This document shows positions 25,201-38,267 of a DNA stretch of 64,000 bases, one piece after another. Position 1 is the first letter of the stretch. The number at the start of each line of letters is the position of its first letter. Location of the stretch: NCBI RefSeq assembly GCF_964204645.1, contig NC_134031.1:3162001-3226000 (forward strand), in the 5' to 3' direction. A program made the translations under genes and the position numbers. This DNA comes from Tubulanus polymorphus (lineage: Eukaryota; Animalia; Nemertea). Under the pieces are notes generated by a model. The model searched no databases. It was given only the letters and a program-made list of their open reading frames with translations, and was not told the DNA's origin.

Positions 25201-26946
25201 TTTATTTCGGGGCTTTGGTCTATTCTACTTTTACTACTCGTTAATCAACTGTTTAAGCGGTGAAATGTACATCAGTTTGTTGTTTTTCTCGACCTTCTTC
25301 TTTACAATAAACCAAGATTAACTCGAATTAACTTCGAAATGACCAATTTACGGTATTTCATAGAATATTCAGAACATATTTTGGGTTAAAAAAAGATTAG
25401 GATTTGCTTTCCTAAGCTATATACGAGGGTATCATACATTCTATTCTTTTTTTTCTTTTCTTCATGAAGGACACGAGTCAGATTATTGGTATTTACACTC
25501 AATTCCAATTTTACAGTGGTATAGGTGTCAGCTTATTAGACGGTGTTGACATTTACTCGTTCTTGTATTAACACTCAAATCCGACGGAACAATTAGTTAC
25601 TAATGGGAACTGAAAACGTCGACATTCTTCGAGAAATTGCTTTTGTTTTGAAAACTTTTTCGGACTGAACAAACCGATATATCGCAGAGAATGATCAGGT
25701 TAGAAATTCAACACGCTAGCGATCGTTTAAACATGTCCAAACAAGTTAAGAATCGAATGGAAAATGTCCCATATGAACAACAAGATGGCGGCTTCCAATC
25801 CGATGTATTCAACATTAATGGTTCTACTAATCGTACGCCGTTATCATCATGTAATCGCTTGAGTTAGTAGAGCAGTGGGTGGCGAGGCCTCTCCCGGGCT
25901 CGGTTCTCAAACTGTTATCCCTTTTTCCCGTGAAGCAGGATTTGATACCGAGGCCATTGAAAGTCAGGTAAACTTGATTCAGGATAGATATCGATCTGTA
26001 AACTTGCCGTCTAGCCTCATTGAGCATGATAAGTGGTCATCCGGGATGTCTTAATAATGATAACGTTATTTAGGCCAAAATATTGGAATCATTGAAATAG
26101 AACGTACGTATTTTCGTCGATTTTTATCGTTTATTTTTAAGTCGTTCGCATCGAGAATTCTACATGTCGTACAATATCAAGTCAGTTTACAGTCTGTGTT
26201 TGAAGTGCGCTACGGGGGGGGGGGGGTAAGTTTCAATAGTTAGAAGGGGGAATACTTGATTCGGTGAGTGACGTATGATATACCAGCATTTCGAGTGATC
26301 CATTGCAGATAGCTGGCGGAATAAATTCCGAGCACTAAAACAAGCACTTAAAACGCACTATTGCGTGCACTTTCCGCCGGGAATGTTCAATAGCGACGGA
26401 ATCTGGTAAATTGAATGTTTTTTGTGTTTTATTCCGACTAGATTTGGTTTGATCGAAATACCCCGGGGAATGTGTGATAAACTTTCATCGAATCATCGAT
26501 GCATGTTTGCGTCGTTGATTGACGGTGTTCAAAACGTTGTTAAGTAAGTAACCGTTGTAAGTGGATCTTAAGTAACGATTGAGTAACCCGGTAAATCATT
26601 TTGGAAATTATGCCGTTACGTATATTCGTGTAAAAAGCTTTTACATGCATACACATAATGATAGAGGCGTGCGTTGTGATACAGACATGTCCGCTATAAC
26701 CGATAATTAGAAAAAACTCAGTGTGAAATGAATCAATTCATTTTCCCCGAGATGTTCGATTTCTTCGTTACGATATCTAAGGCGGGTTTCCATTGATCTC
26801 TACCGATTCAGGGAAAACTCTTCTGGCAATTCATTTCAACAAGAATACGCTCTACCTAATTCCGGAATAGCGTTATCTGTAAACCTGACAGAAGCCGCCG
26901 GTAGAGAGTTTTTAATCCGGAATTACTATTCCCAATCGAAACCTAA

Positions 26947-27011
26947 AGCCCAGCGCACGTGACACAGGGAAACGCTCGGAAACGTGTTTCCCTGCGTCGT
27001 GTGCGTTAGGT
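26947..27011. mobile_element. 65-bp minimal PIF/Harbinger-like MITE (family D) with TAA TSD
   Basis: taa|agcccagcgcacgtgacacagggaaac ... gtttccctgcgtcgtgtgcgttaggt|taa; the element is one hairpin. Confidence 0.7.
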
Positions 27012-29162
27012 TAAAATGTTTAAGATTTTCTGCTCATATAATTCGAACATTCCGAAGCGAAGTTTGGGAAACTATTCATCTCTGGTTGCATCACCAACTC
27101 GGCTTAAGTACACCCTAGCGCCGCTGTATTTGAGTAGTCTGATCGATGCATTAAGAAAAAGTTCCTTGCGTAACAGACGACCAAGATGCATTTAGTAACT
27201 GCAACACGTATCCGTTTCATCGCTGGAAGGGGCCTATATCAACGGCGAGCAGGGATTCCTTCTTCAATAACCCAATTTCCGATTTTCTTATTTTCTCAAA
27301 TGGCTGACGGTCGAAATGAATTAGAATTCTTTTTCGCAGTTTCGCGGACTGGCTCATTTTCAATTCTGTCACGTTCATCAGATCGTTAAGGAAACGATCA
27401 GTCATTTTCGATCGCGAGTATATCGAGTCCCAGGCGGCTCGCTCGAAATCGTTTTCGCCCGAAATGATTATAATTACTAAGTTAACCTTCAAATAGAAAA
27501 CGTGTCTTGTTGTCTAGAAACACCGTTATACCGCCCACTACATGTAGGTTTCTCTAGCCTATGGCAGGCGAGAAGAAATTGGCGTAATTAAGAAACGTGG
27601 TGAAAACCGAAAGACTGTGAAGCACATCCCGAGGACTCTTGCGGTATTCATCGACATGGTCAGGAAAATTTTCTCGTTAATTGCACTTGTCTTAAGCGTG
27701 TTTGAAAAACAACGGTTCCGCAGTTCTTCTCAGGACCCGAGGGTAGACGCGGAACAATCCTCACCGGTGATTGATCGTGTAGAGCTATTTGTCAGCGAGG
27801 ATAGCCAACCGTCCGACCACCGTTATAACCGTACACGCTTAATCGGCCAATGAGTGATAACACACGAACGCTTTATCTCCTGGCATTACACTTCGCTGAC
27901 CACTTATCCAATTTTATGACAGGACGGCGACGCAACCGGGAAAGCCATAAATCATCAAAGGCGTAAAATCTGCGTCGAGAAAAGCGCTTAGACGTGGATT
28001 TATAATGGCCAACTTTTTTCCAGTCGGGTGTATTTTTTGTCAATGGATGAGTAAGTCTTCGAAACACGTTTTTGACGCTTGTTTTGGTGTTGGAATAATG
28101 ACGAAATGACGCTAAACTGCGAAACAGTCCCCATGACCCGCCAAGGACGATTATACATGGAAGGGTTTTTCTACCCGTTCGGCAGAAAACCCTATTGTTG
28201 ATTCTCTCGGTTATTAGTCCCCTTGTCCTGCGAATGACAAGAATTGATAAATAATCGAAAGTCTTCGCTTTGAATGGGAGCAACGGCACGAGTAACTAAC
28301 GGTCTCGCCCCGCATGGCATAAATGGTTCGTATCCTGTTTGAAGAAGAGTTTCTTGTTCAAGGGTTCTTTTCTGTTCATAGAAATACCTCATATCCGCAG
28401 TGATTTAAAGGAGTGAAAAGAAATTACACTTGGCGAAAAAAAACGTTAAGAGAATACGCTTAGCAACAGTGTTAATCGTAAGACATAGATAATTTATTCA
28501 TTTCATCATTATCTATTTCTGTTTTATACGTATTTCCTGAGAAAAGTAAAACAAATGAACTTCGATGATTTCGTAAGAATCTCCGTGTGTAACTCTATAT
28601 TGAAATGTCTATATTCGGCTTATACACGTTGACTCGCAGTTAGATTTCTTCACGTGATGACCATTCCGTTTCGTTTGCTGTCTTTTTCGTCTGTCGCGGT
28701 TGATTTTCTTTTTCATCTTTTTAACCGGTGCTGAAATAAGAAAATTCGTATATCTACGACACTTCTACTAATAAAGGAAGGCACCCACCGCTGACTTTGC
28801 TCCTATCGGAGCCAGCCTATCTATTGACTAACGGGTGGAAATCCCGCAATGAATGATCTTAACGCGGTGACATTTTCTCGCGCTTACTGGGCTTAGAAAT
28901 GTATCTTCGATCATGAACATTTCCCGAGATATTATAGAGTATCCGGGTAAGAAGTTATTTCCATATCAGATTTCCATTTTAAACATTATTTGCATTGCTA
29001 ATGTTTTATGCAGGGTTCTGATAGGAGTCTCGAGTGCAGTACTGAGCACCGCAGCATCGGTAGTTCAAAATAAATGACATTTCGAGGCTTTATGGCTTTT
29101 AGTAACATTACACGCTAGGGTTGTGGTTTTCGATTGAGTCTACAAGTACACGTCTTGATAAT

Positions 29163-29440
29163 AGCCGCGATCACACGGAGACGATTTGGCCCGGGCCAAC
29201 TTGGCACCGATCAGGCATGGGCCAAATTTGGCCCGTGCCTAATTAGAGAGCGCAGTCACACTCAAACTATTCACTCGATACTAAACAATGCTCAAACAAA
29301 GCGAAGTGGATCATTTCCGGTGCTAGTTGCAATTCAAACGCGATCATTTGTCTGGTGCTAAAATTAGGCTCGGGCCTGGTCCGACGTTTTTGGTCGGGCC
29401 AAATTTGGCCCGGGCCAAAAATGCACGTGTGATCGCGGCT
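29163..29440. mobile_element. MITE family C (~280 bp) with long TIRs
   Basis: agccgcgatcacacg / cgtgtgatcgcggct TIRs with subterminal tttggcccgggccaa palindromes; TSD is TA or AAT depending on the boundary chosen; partial copy at 58293..58360. Confidence 0.85.
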
Positions 29441-29929
29441 AATAATACTGCGTCGACCGCATATTCGCGTGTTGGTGACGCACGTCACCATTCTCAGTAT
29501 CATGATGCTCGATGTTCGGTTTTTGTTCCGCAGAGATTTAATATGGCGGTCTAAAAAAAACCTTATCTCCGATTGTCGCGCTTGAAGTGCAAATGTGTTT
29601 TGACGCTTGTGGCCAGAAAACGGAAATTAGTTATCTTATAAAGACTGTGCACGTGACGAGACATTATTGATACATTCTAGCAGTTTCTAAATCCCTGCGG
29701 TTTGTCATCCACCGGCCAAAGCAAACGATTGCACCACGCGCTATACGATACAGCACAATTCAATAAACTTTATTCGCATAGGAAATATTATGTACAATAC
29801 AATGTACCTACCACAAATCTTAATGCTTTACTGATATTCAGTTCGTACAGCCGTGTACTTTTTTCACGTGAGGACGCCATATTGGCGGTCATATACAATA
29901 ATCGATTCATAGGCAATGTTTGGATTTCA

Positions 29930-30125
29930 TAACTAGTCGACTAGTCAGTACTCTAGTACGGTCTTACGTACGCATTTAACATCTTGGCGGCCATCTTGGA
30001 ACTAGGTCCGAACTAGAGCGACCGTGCTCAGTTGCGTGGTTCGCCGGCTATTTCCGGACTATAGTTCGGACTAGCTGACATTCGGTTACCTTTAGTTCGC
30101 GAATAGTCGACCAGCCCCGATATCC
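29930..30125 (-). mobile_element. MITE family B copy
   Basis: ggcggccatcttg...ctgacattcggtt...ttagttcgcgaatagtcgac is the reverse-complement homolog of 17366..17603. Confidence 0.75.
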
Positions 30126-33100
30126 TACACTGACTGATCCCCGATGAAATGTGCTGTTGAAGATGTATCTTCTGGTGTTGTGAATGGCAAGTGACGGGTA
30201 AACTAACCATGACGTCATGTGCACAGCCTCTATAAGCTCTGGTTTAGGTAATTTTATTCGTGAAAAACTTCTATTAGGAAGAACTGACCGAGGGGAAAGA
30301 GCTTTGAGCTCTTTTACGAGCAGTTCTGGTGACCTCGAGAATTTCATCTCGTACTTTTAGTAAGCGACAGCAACTAAATCGACAAGCAAGCGGTTTGTTG
30401 TATACGAACATAACGAATTTATTTGCGGATTAGTTTTCGATCAAGATCGTGACAGAAAAAAAATGTCCATGCCATTCGAAACAAGGTGCAGAAACGACCA
30501 CAATTTGATCAGATTTATTCATGAGCAGAGAAAGAGATTGGAGAAAATAGGAACTTCTTTCAAAACAAGATTCAAACCGAACTCGTCGACAAAACAATCA
30601 TTTTTTTTTAAAGTTTTCATATCACGATTACCATCAATTGAGTTATCTCTTGAAGAATTATACCAATTCTGAAACAATCTAAAGAATAGAAGACTAGAAA
30701 GTATAGGTCAGAATAGTAATAGTTACCACCACCGTATGATTCACAAAATCATAATGTTTGATCCATATATAGTCTCACTGCAGTCGTATGTAACTCGCAT
30801 GACGTAAGTGTCGAATTCATTCAAAATAAAGCACTATGAGTTAACTCATGACAACTGTAGAACTGATCTGTGTGTAGTTGATGATCAATGATACTTCTGA
30901 TATATACTGTTCTACAATGCATATCCATAAACGGAAACAACGATATAACGACTTAATTCTGACAACGTTCTAACGTCGTGCTCTTTGTTTGATACTTAAT
31001 TTATCTTGCGAACTATAATTCTGCGTTCGCATCCATTATTGAAAAACTACTAAGTTAATTAGCTATACACCGACGTGGTTCCCGATCCGATCGTCAAGAG
31101 TAGTTTCTTAATCTTTAGAAGATGTTGCGCCGACAAATTCGAGAAAGCCGGCGCTGGCGGAGATACGCAATGATGATTGCACAATCGGGAATAGCGTATA
31201 CGCAAAAAGGAGATACAGACGAAGCGAGCGCTATTTACGCATAGTTTCCAGAGAATTATCCTAATGTGGCGGTTTTTGTTCCTCATGCCGACCACGCGGG
31301 ACCCGACGGCCATACTAATGCGACGAGACCTATTATATCATCCGTTGACCACCGACGGCGCACTTTATGAAGGACGGAGATGCGGTTTATTGTCGGAACC
31401 CAGAGGAAATTACCCATTAAAGCGATGTTTCGCATTTCCCCCGACGGAAATTGGATAAAGAATTAATAACGCTAGTTAACTTTTTCCACGCTTATAGTAA
31501 GATGCAAGATAACCTTTATAACCTTTATACAATATAAAACGACTATCAATTGACTATTACGATGCGACAACCGTGTGTTATTCGTACACCGAAGATGACC
31601 GTCAGATAACGATAGGGGATAAAATAATCGATCGTAATAATAATGGAAAATATATGTTCTCTCGTCAGAATTCTGCCAGCCCTGAACGTAACGTCGCACA
31701 GTAATCTGCCATCGTTTGATCTCTATTCGTCAATATGATTGACGCGTAAACGGACAACGCGGGGTTTACGTCAAAAATCCAATATCGCGTCGACGATTCG
31801 TGGCCGAGTTTTTGGGGACAACGAAAACATTTTAGCGTCGCGAATGTCGTGCCCGTGGTATACTGTACGACTAGCAGTATTCAATTCAGGTTCGGGAAAC
31901 GATAGATCTTCGCGACGGATTTGCGTCCAAATGGAAAACTGGATTACATTCGAAGTATGATTTAGGTTTAAAATAGAACCGTATCGTTTCGTAGGCGTCA
32001 TTTATATTTCATCAATTTCAAATTTGTCACAATCTATGTCTGATGTACTGAGACAATGATAGTCTAGAGAAGAACGATTTCAATTTCGTATCAAATAAAA
32101 CGGCGAATAATTCACTAAAAAGCCTTCATAAATTTGCTTTAATACGATACGCAAAATCTTATTATCGTTCGAAGATTTTCCGAACGGCGAATAAAGCAAT
32201 AAAGCATGAACTTTGTGTCAATATGGCGTCGTCACGTTGCAGAAAATACAGCTACACGTCCTTTCTAATCGTTAGAATTTGCTGGCGTGGTTTATTTGAG
32301 GACACTATCGACCTAAAAGCGCTTATCGTTATAAATCAGAAACTCACGATACCGAACAAACTCGCTAAGCCTTCTATTTCTATTTCGATCGTAGTCATTC
32401 GGTTCCCTTCCACTTACCTACTCGATTGGTTTCTAAAACCCTTCGTTTCATTAATTAAGTGGCTTAAGTGGCATTTTTCGAATAGAGGAGCCATTAGTTT
32501 CGCAACCTCTCAAGCTCCGATAAGCCTTTACAGATGCTCGAATACACCCTATATTCTCATAGTTTGTTTGATTGAATTATTCCGACGCGTTCGTTTTTAA
32601 ACGGGAAAAACCGTTACAAATACAAGCAGGCGATCAACAAGTTTACGCATTCTAAAGGGAACGTCTATAAACAGTCGACAACAAGAAAAAGAGACGGGAA
32701 ATCAAGAAAGTATTAAGCTTGTACAATGCATGATCGAGATATTTTTGTATGAAAGGCTGAAGCAAGTGATCAGTATAGGAATGAATGTGACAATATTGAA
32801 GTACTGAACAGCATGCTACGAGCAATCTTCGATTCAGTTTCACCATCACTATGCATACTAGGTAGCATTTGGTATAGACCAATTCGCGTGACGTCACAAC
32901 GTGTCGAAATATCCATCAAGCGCAAGCTATCTGGTGTAAAACGGTTGACGTCTGTTTGACGGCCAATGTGACGCACGCGAAACGCCTATAGGGCAAGAAG
33001 GTGGGCTCCCCGAGTATGGTTAAGGTGTTTTAGATTTAGGGTGTTTAAGGTAAGGTAATCTGGAACCAGTTTCAGTCTGTGAGTATGTTCTAACTTCACA

Positions 33101-33169
33101 GTCAAAATCAACTCATTTCTAACGATGTGACACGACTCGCAGCTGGGACGGACTCTTATTTATACATTC

Positions 33170-33430
33170 TTAGACACGGGACTGCTGAAAAATATGGAGA
33201 ATGTTAAAACCCGCTGAAGAGACCCACGGATCCCGAAGGAATACACATTAATCTGTTGATGCATGAGTCCCCTGAGTACGCTAAGTCGGCAGTGTATAAA
33301 TTTATGAATTTGTCTCTTGAATTGAAAAAATGAAGTCAGTGCATTAACCGAATGTTGAATATTTAAGTTCGTAAAAACAAGCCATGCCTTATTGATAAAC
33401 GAGGCATTCAAATGACGAAGTTTTACAATG
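33170..33430 (-). mobile_element. Possible degenerate 3' end of a LINE (CR1/L2-like) ORF2
   Basis: Translation ASFINKAWLVFTNL...LTSFFQFKRQIHKF resembles the SF....WNxL....S...FK..L tail of CR1/L2 ORF2; weak resemblance only. Confidence 0.3.
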
Positions 33431-33581
33431 ATAAATTAAGCACGATAGAACGTGATTTGAACGCCGATTAAGTTTACATTCAACAGTAAACGTTTACATA
33501 TACACGTACGTACAATACATACAGAGTGTATCATATCGCATGCAATGAAATATGCTTCAACTAAGATGCCGAACGAGAGAA

Positions 33582-34667
33582 TCAGCCGTTTTTAATAAGC
33601 GACACTTCTGTCATTTCGCCGCCGTAATTGCTACTACTACTATTGCTATTCAACACTCGACGACGCTGGCGACTCCTACCATAGCATAGATCTTTCAGCT
33701 GACTGCGGAATTTCTTCCCTACTAGGCAGTACAAGAAAAAGTTAACGCAATTGTTGATGGCCGACAAGTCGTACAATATGGGCAGCCACGTGATCAGTAA
33801 TCCTTTCTTCTTGTAGAACATCGTGACAATATGGAATAGAATAGACGGTCCTTCGAGGACGAAGAAGGCGAGGGCGACTAGAACGGCCCTCTTGGTCACT
33901 ATAGTTTCGATGTCCTGTTGCGAGTTTGTATTGCCGCAAGTGCGCATACCCGCCGAGCGCCGCACCGCGCGTACTATCATATAGTTCATGATGATTATCG
34001 ACAGCATCGGCACTAGAAAATAGACCAGGAAATAGCCCGTTATCACGTACAAATTCAGATAGATCGGGTGGAAGAAAGTCGTCGACAAGTTCGATTTCGG
34101 GCGGAGCCTATTCGTGCATTTGTCGAAAACGTACTTGACCTCGTAGGTCCACAGTTTCGGCAGACTGAACACGATGCTGAATATGAGAATAAGCACGGTG
34201 GCGATAGCGGCGTTCTTCCTCGTGCACCACGAGCGCGCGTGCAACGGCCGACAGCACGCTAACCACCTGTCGGTCGTCATCAAAATCACTAGATAAATCG
34301 AGAACACTTTGGACGTGGCGAACGAGAACCAAATCGCGTTCGAGGCGAGCATCGAGAATTCGAAGTAGCTCCCCAGTCGTCCGGTGAATTGAAATATTTC
34401 CGGCAACGCGTATTTCACTAAGTTCATCAACAACACGAAACTATCGGTGATCGATATGATACGCAGGATGAAGACGGGACTCGTCTTTTTCGTGCGGCCT
34501 TCTTTACCGAGTATGACGAACGCCAGGGCGTTAGTGATCAGTCCGGCAAAAACGATGACGACGAGCACGGGCACGTGTAAGACGAAATGAGCCATGTGCA
34601 CGTGAATATCCTTCATTTTACTATCGTAAATACACTCCGTGTCGTTATTTTGCGTCGAGTTATTCAT
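33582..34667 (-). CDS. Rhodopsin-class (class A) 7TM GPCR, FMRFamide-receptor-like/Srw-like orphan, single-exon CDS, 361 aa
   Basis: N-terminal sequons NNS/NST/NDT; TM1 GLITN; TM2 ISITD; TM3 DRW followed by ACCRPL; TM4 FSLP; TM5 FLVP..N; TM6 FFVLEGP; TM7 NNCVNFFLYC; helix 8 KKFR. Confidence 0.93.
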   Translation of the reverse strand: MNNSTQNNDTECIYDSKMKDIHVHMAHFVLHVPVLVVIVFAGLITNALAFVILGKEGRTKKTSPVFILRIISITDSFVLLMNLVKYALPEIFQFTGRLGSYFEFSMLASNAIWFSFATSKVFSIYLVILMTTDRWLACCRPLHARSWCTRKNAAIATVLILIFSIVFSLPKLWTYEVKYVFDKCTNRLRPKSNLSTTFFHPIYLNLYVITGYFLVYFLVPMLSIIIMNYMIVRAVRRSAGMRTCGNTNSQQDIETIVTKRAVLVALAFFVLEGPSILFHIVTMFYKKKGLLITWLPILYDLSAINNCVNFFLYCLVGKKFRSQLKDLCYGRSRQRRRVLNSNSSSSNYGGEMTEVSLIKNG

Positions 34668-37600
34668 GGTCTGTTCGTTCAGCGCTACGTCGTCGGAATA
34701 TGAAAGCTCCAGCTCCTATAGCGCGTGTATGCGTTTAAGTCGTACGTTACCGACACAAAATAACGGCGATATATCTCAATACGTATATAACATGATACTG
34801 GGTCATCATTCTTGTAATTGGTATATTGTTCAACAGTAAATCAGGCTAATCGCGACGATGGATCGTTTTTTCGTTTTTTGTTTTGTATTTTTCGAATTTG
34901 CGAACAAATTATTCCATATTGAAGCGCGTATAACTTTTTGTTGCATTGATCTTGTTATTTCATTGTCCGCCGTATTTCCAGCCGCGCCAAATGAGGCTTA
35001 TTTCCGATGCCTGAAAAGATAAAGCGAAGCTCGAAAGATTAATAAATATATCGACAATGTTCCTGCGGCACTGACCAGAAGTTTTTACAGTAGTCTATGC
35101 CTTATTGGTAACTGGTCAAACCAGCAAACCGCTCTAACCGGCAAATTTTGATTAGATTTACATGTAAATATCCCCTCCCTGATTCTCATTTGGTCTCCGG
35201 CCAAACCCAAGATGGAATCTACTGCAGTTTACCTTTCAGAAAACCTTCAAATGATATTCCTCAAAAATAGCAAGTAAGAACTGATAAAATTTGTGATCAT
35301 ATTGGTGATGGTGACGATTCGGACCAAATCAAAAGAAAACATGACTCGATCTCCACCAATTGTTTTCTAAATACCGGTACTACGAAGCACCGCGTTTAAA
35401 CCCAGTTCTTCTTTTTCAGGTGACAATTTCGTGTCAAGTTAAAAAAAGAATTGGTTGATAACGCGTGTATTATTGCATCTTTTCTTTGAATCAACCATTA
35501 TATCAGACCGGGAAACAAAATCGATGTAAAATCCTAGCTAAACAACGGCAACTTTTTAAACAGACGGTTATATTCTCAAACAGACGCCAATAATATAATC
35601 GTTACATTCTGGGTTTGTCCGCACAAAACTCGTCCATTATTTCCATGTTTTGAACTGAGATACGGATATTTCACATCGAAAACAGTTATGAAGAAGTTTA
35701 TAGATATTCCTTTGTTATTATCGGTAAAGTCCTATGCCGGTTCAGACTGGTTGGAATATTGTTTGAATGAGCTGGAACCGAAATTTTCAATTATGCACTT
35801 CGATTTAAAAAAAAAATTCTGAAAAACATTCGACCGCCAATCAAACAACTATCGATGTATTTCGATTTCCGATTTCAGAATTAAACCCCCGTTTCGCTCT
35901 CGACAGGTGGGGAGGGTTTGTAAGGACACCAAATCATAAGAATCAAACGTTATTTCACCGATCGATGATTAACAGGGTCAATACCTATTTTAAGATGAAA
36001 AAAACGGGGTATCGGGGCCGAATTCCGCCGGAAATTGCCGAGTGTCGACGGAGAGTACCGAATGCAACGTAAACGCGCATTACCGCATTACGTAATTAGC
36101 CTTGCCGGTTGGTGGCAGCGTTCCCGGAATCTTGTGAGTGATCGCCTGAAATACTCCAACATGAAATCAAAAACAGCTGACTGCCGAACATACAAAATTC
36201 TCTCTCTGGTAAAAGTATGGACTCTTAAAGACGAATTGCGTTAGTGCCCCGAGCCCAGAAGCTCAAACAAACTATGACGGCGCACGTGCGCGATCTTCGT
36301 TCTTTTTCACAGGACGCATATCCCGTACGGAGGACAGTCTTCATATTAGATTGGTTGCCGGCGACCAGTCTATTTTCATATGAACATGTACGTCTCCCTG
36401 TGCGCGTGGTGGTTCGAACCCCGGTAAAAAACCACACTAATTAATCAATCCGGGCATTAATCGCGCTAGTGCTTTCCTGGTTTTATCGCAACGTTCAGAC
36501 ATAACTAACGCTAAAACTAAAACGGCTAAAACACCGATACGAGATTGGCAACAACTACCACTGACTACCGTTAAAGCTGTGTCACATCTTGATCGTAACC
36601 AAATTATTGAATGTATTATCCGATATGTATCTAGTGTCACAGCTGACACTTCACTGATTCGATCTAGTCTAGTCTTGATTGACCCATCTCGGCCTCAGCG
36701 AACCGAAACAAGATTGATAGTCACCAAGCTTGCATGTTCTCTTGGTTATTTGGTTTCCGCAACCTTCGAAGTTAAGTGAGTTTTATACGTAGTTTCTGAA
36801 ACCAGCATCTTTTCAAATTCTCTCTGAAATCGGGCGTTTTTTTAGAATCCTTGTAGGCATCGGTTCCAAGCAAATATGCATAACGTGTTCGAAATTCGAG
36901 CGACGTAACTCCCCGATGAGCTCTCTCCAATGCCAAGAAAATATGTTTGCTTCTCAGATTGCGTTGACAAACAATGACGAAAAATCAATCGGAACTATTT
37001 TTTGTTCGAACTTTCTGTTGACGTCTCATCTTTTCCCTCACAACCAACATAGACTTTTTGTAGAAGTACTCACGAGACCGATCGGTCCCTGAGAGCAATA
37101 ATAATCATTCTCGTGTTTATCCGCATTAACGATTCCCCTCGTTCATCCTTTCAGAACTAGGCCAAGCATGCATAAATTTACCCAACTAATGAAAACTAGA
37201 GGGAAATGGCTTCAACAACTTACCCGGCATCAAAACCGCTTTCAAATTTTCGATGTGTGTAATGTGAATCTATATCCAGAATATTTGTTAATTGTCTGTG
37301 AATTAATGTGAACAGCATCAATTATTGTAACTTCTGTAATCTTTGTTTTCGTTTTTGTGCTCTGAACAAATCTACTTTCGTCGAGCTTCAAAACATTTTC
37401 ATATTCATCCCGTACGATGATAATGCTTTTTCTCGCGATAACCATTGCGATCATCAAATATTACACTCGAGAAATGTTTGAACAAATTTGTAGTAAACAA
37501 ACGAATGTTAAACGTAAGCCTTTCCGATGTAAGTAGGTCTTGTGTAGAGAGTTCAAATAGTTGAAAATCCATAGTAGCAACAACAGTTCAAATCGCATTT

Positions 37601-38267
37601 TCTAATGAGTATATAAATCTATTCTAGCAGGTATTCAAAACAAAAGCTAATTACAAACATTATCGATTACTAATTACTACTTATTATTTAACATAGATAC
37701 CAGTATGATATGAAAGTTTAATCACTTGCGCTATGCCTGAAGAGGGGAAAATGTAACTCCCGAAAATGTTTGCTAGAATGAGTTTATATACTTATTAGAA
37801 AATTAGATTTGTACTGTTTAGTTGTTGCTTCTATGGATTTTTCAACATCAGTTGGACATTCAGGTCAACGCATTTGTCGGCTCAGATATTCCATAATGAG
37901 TCGGGGTTCATTCGGTTACATTACACGGTCTTAATTAGAACTTAAAATCGTAATTAGATATCGGTACGAATACCGAGTTGGGGTCAGGTTTAGCAGACAG
38001 CGCGCACCGTAGAAGTTGGCAGGTGTAATTAAAGGTGATAACTCTCCCGCAGCATACGTATATACATAGTCCACACAGCGGGTTACTTTCACAGTTCCTC
38101 TGACCAGTGCAAACAGTTTGAGAAGGCCCGTCAGTTGCGCAAGAAGTCTTCGCTGTCACCTAACAGTTTTGAACATTCAATGCACATCTGCATGATAGGA
38201 TTAAGAAGTTGAGGAAAAGTGCTTGATTCAAGGAGTGAAATACTGATCGGAAAGTTGAAGTGTAAAC

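Noticed and set aside
27873-28289. 138-aa minus-strand ORF
   Set aside because: Non-ATG start, Arg-rich random-like composition, no motif or splice support.
33015-33060. Telomere-like ttaggg/ttaagg run
   Set aside because: Short and degenerate; not a true TTAGGG array.
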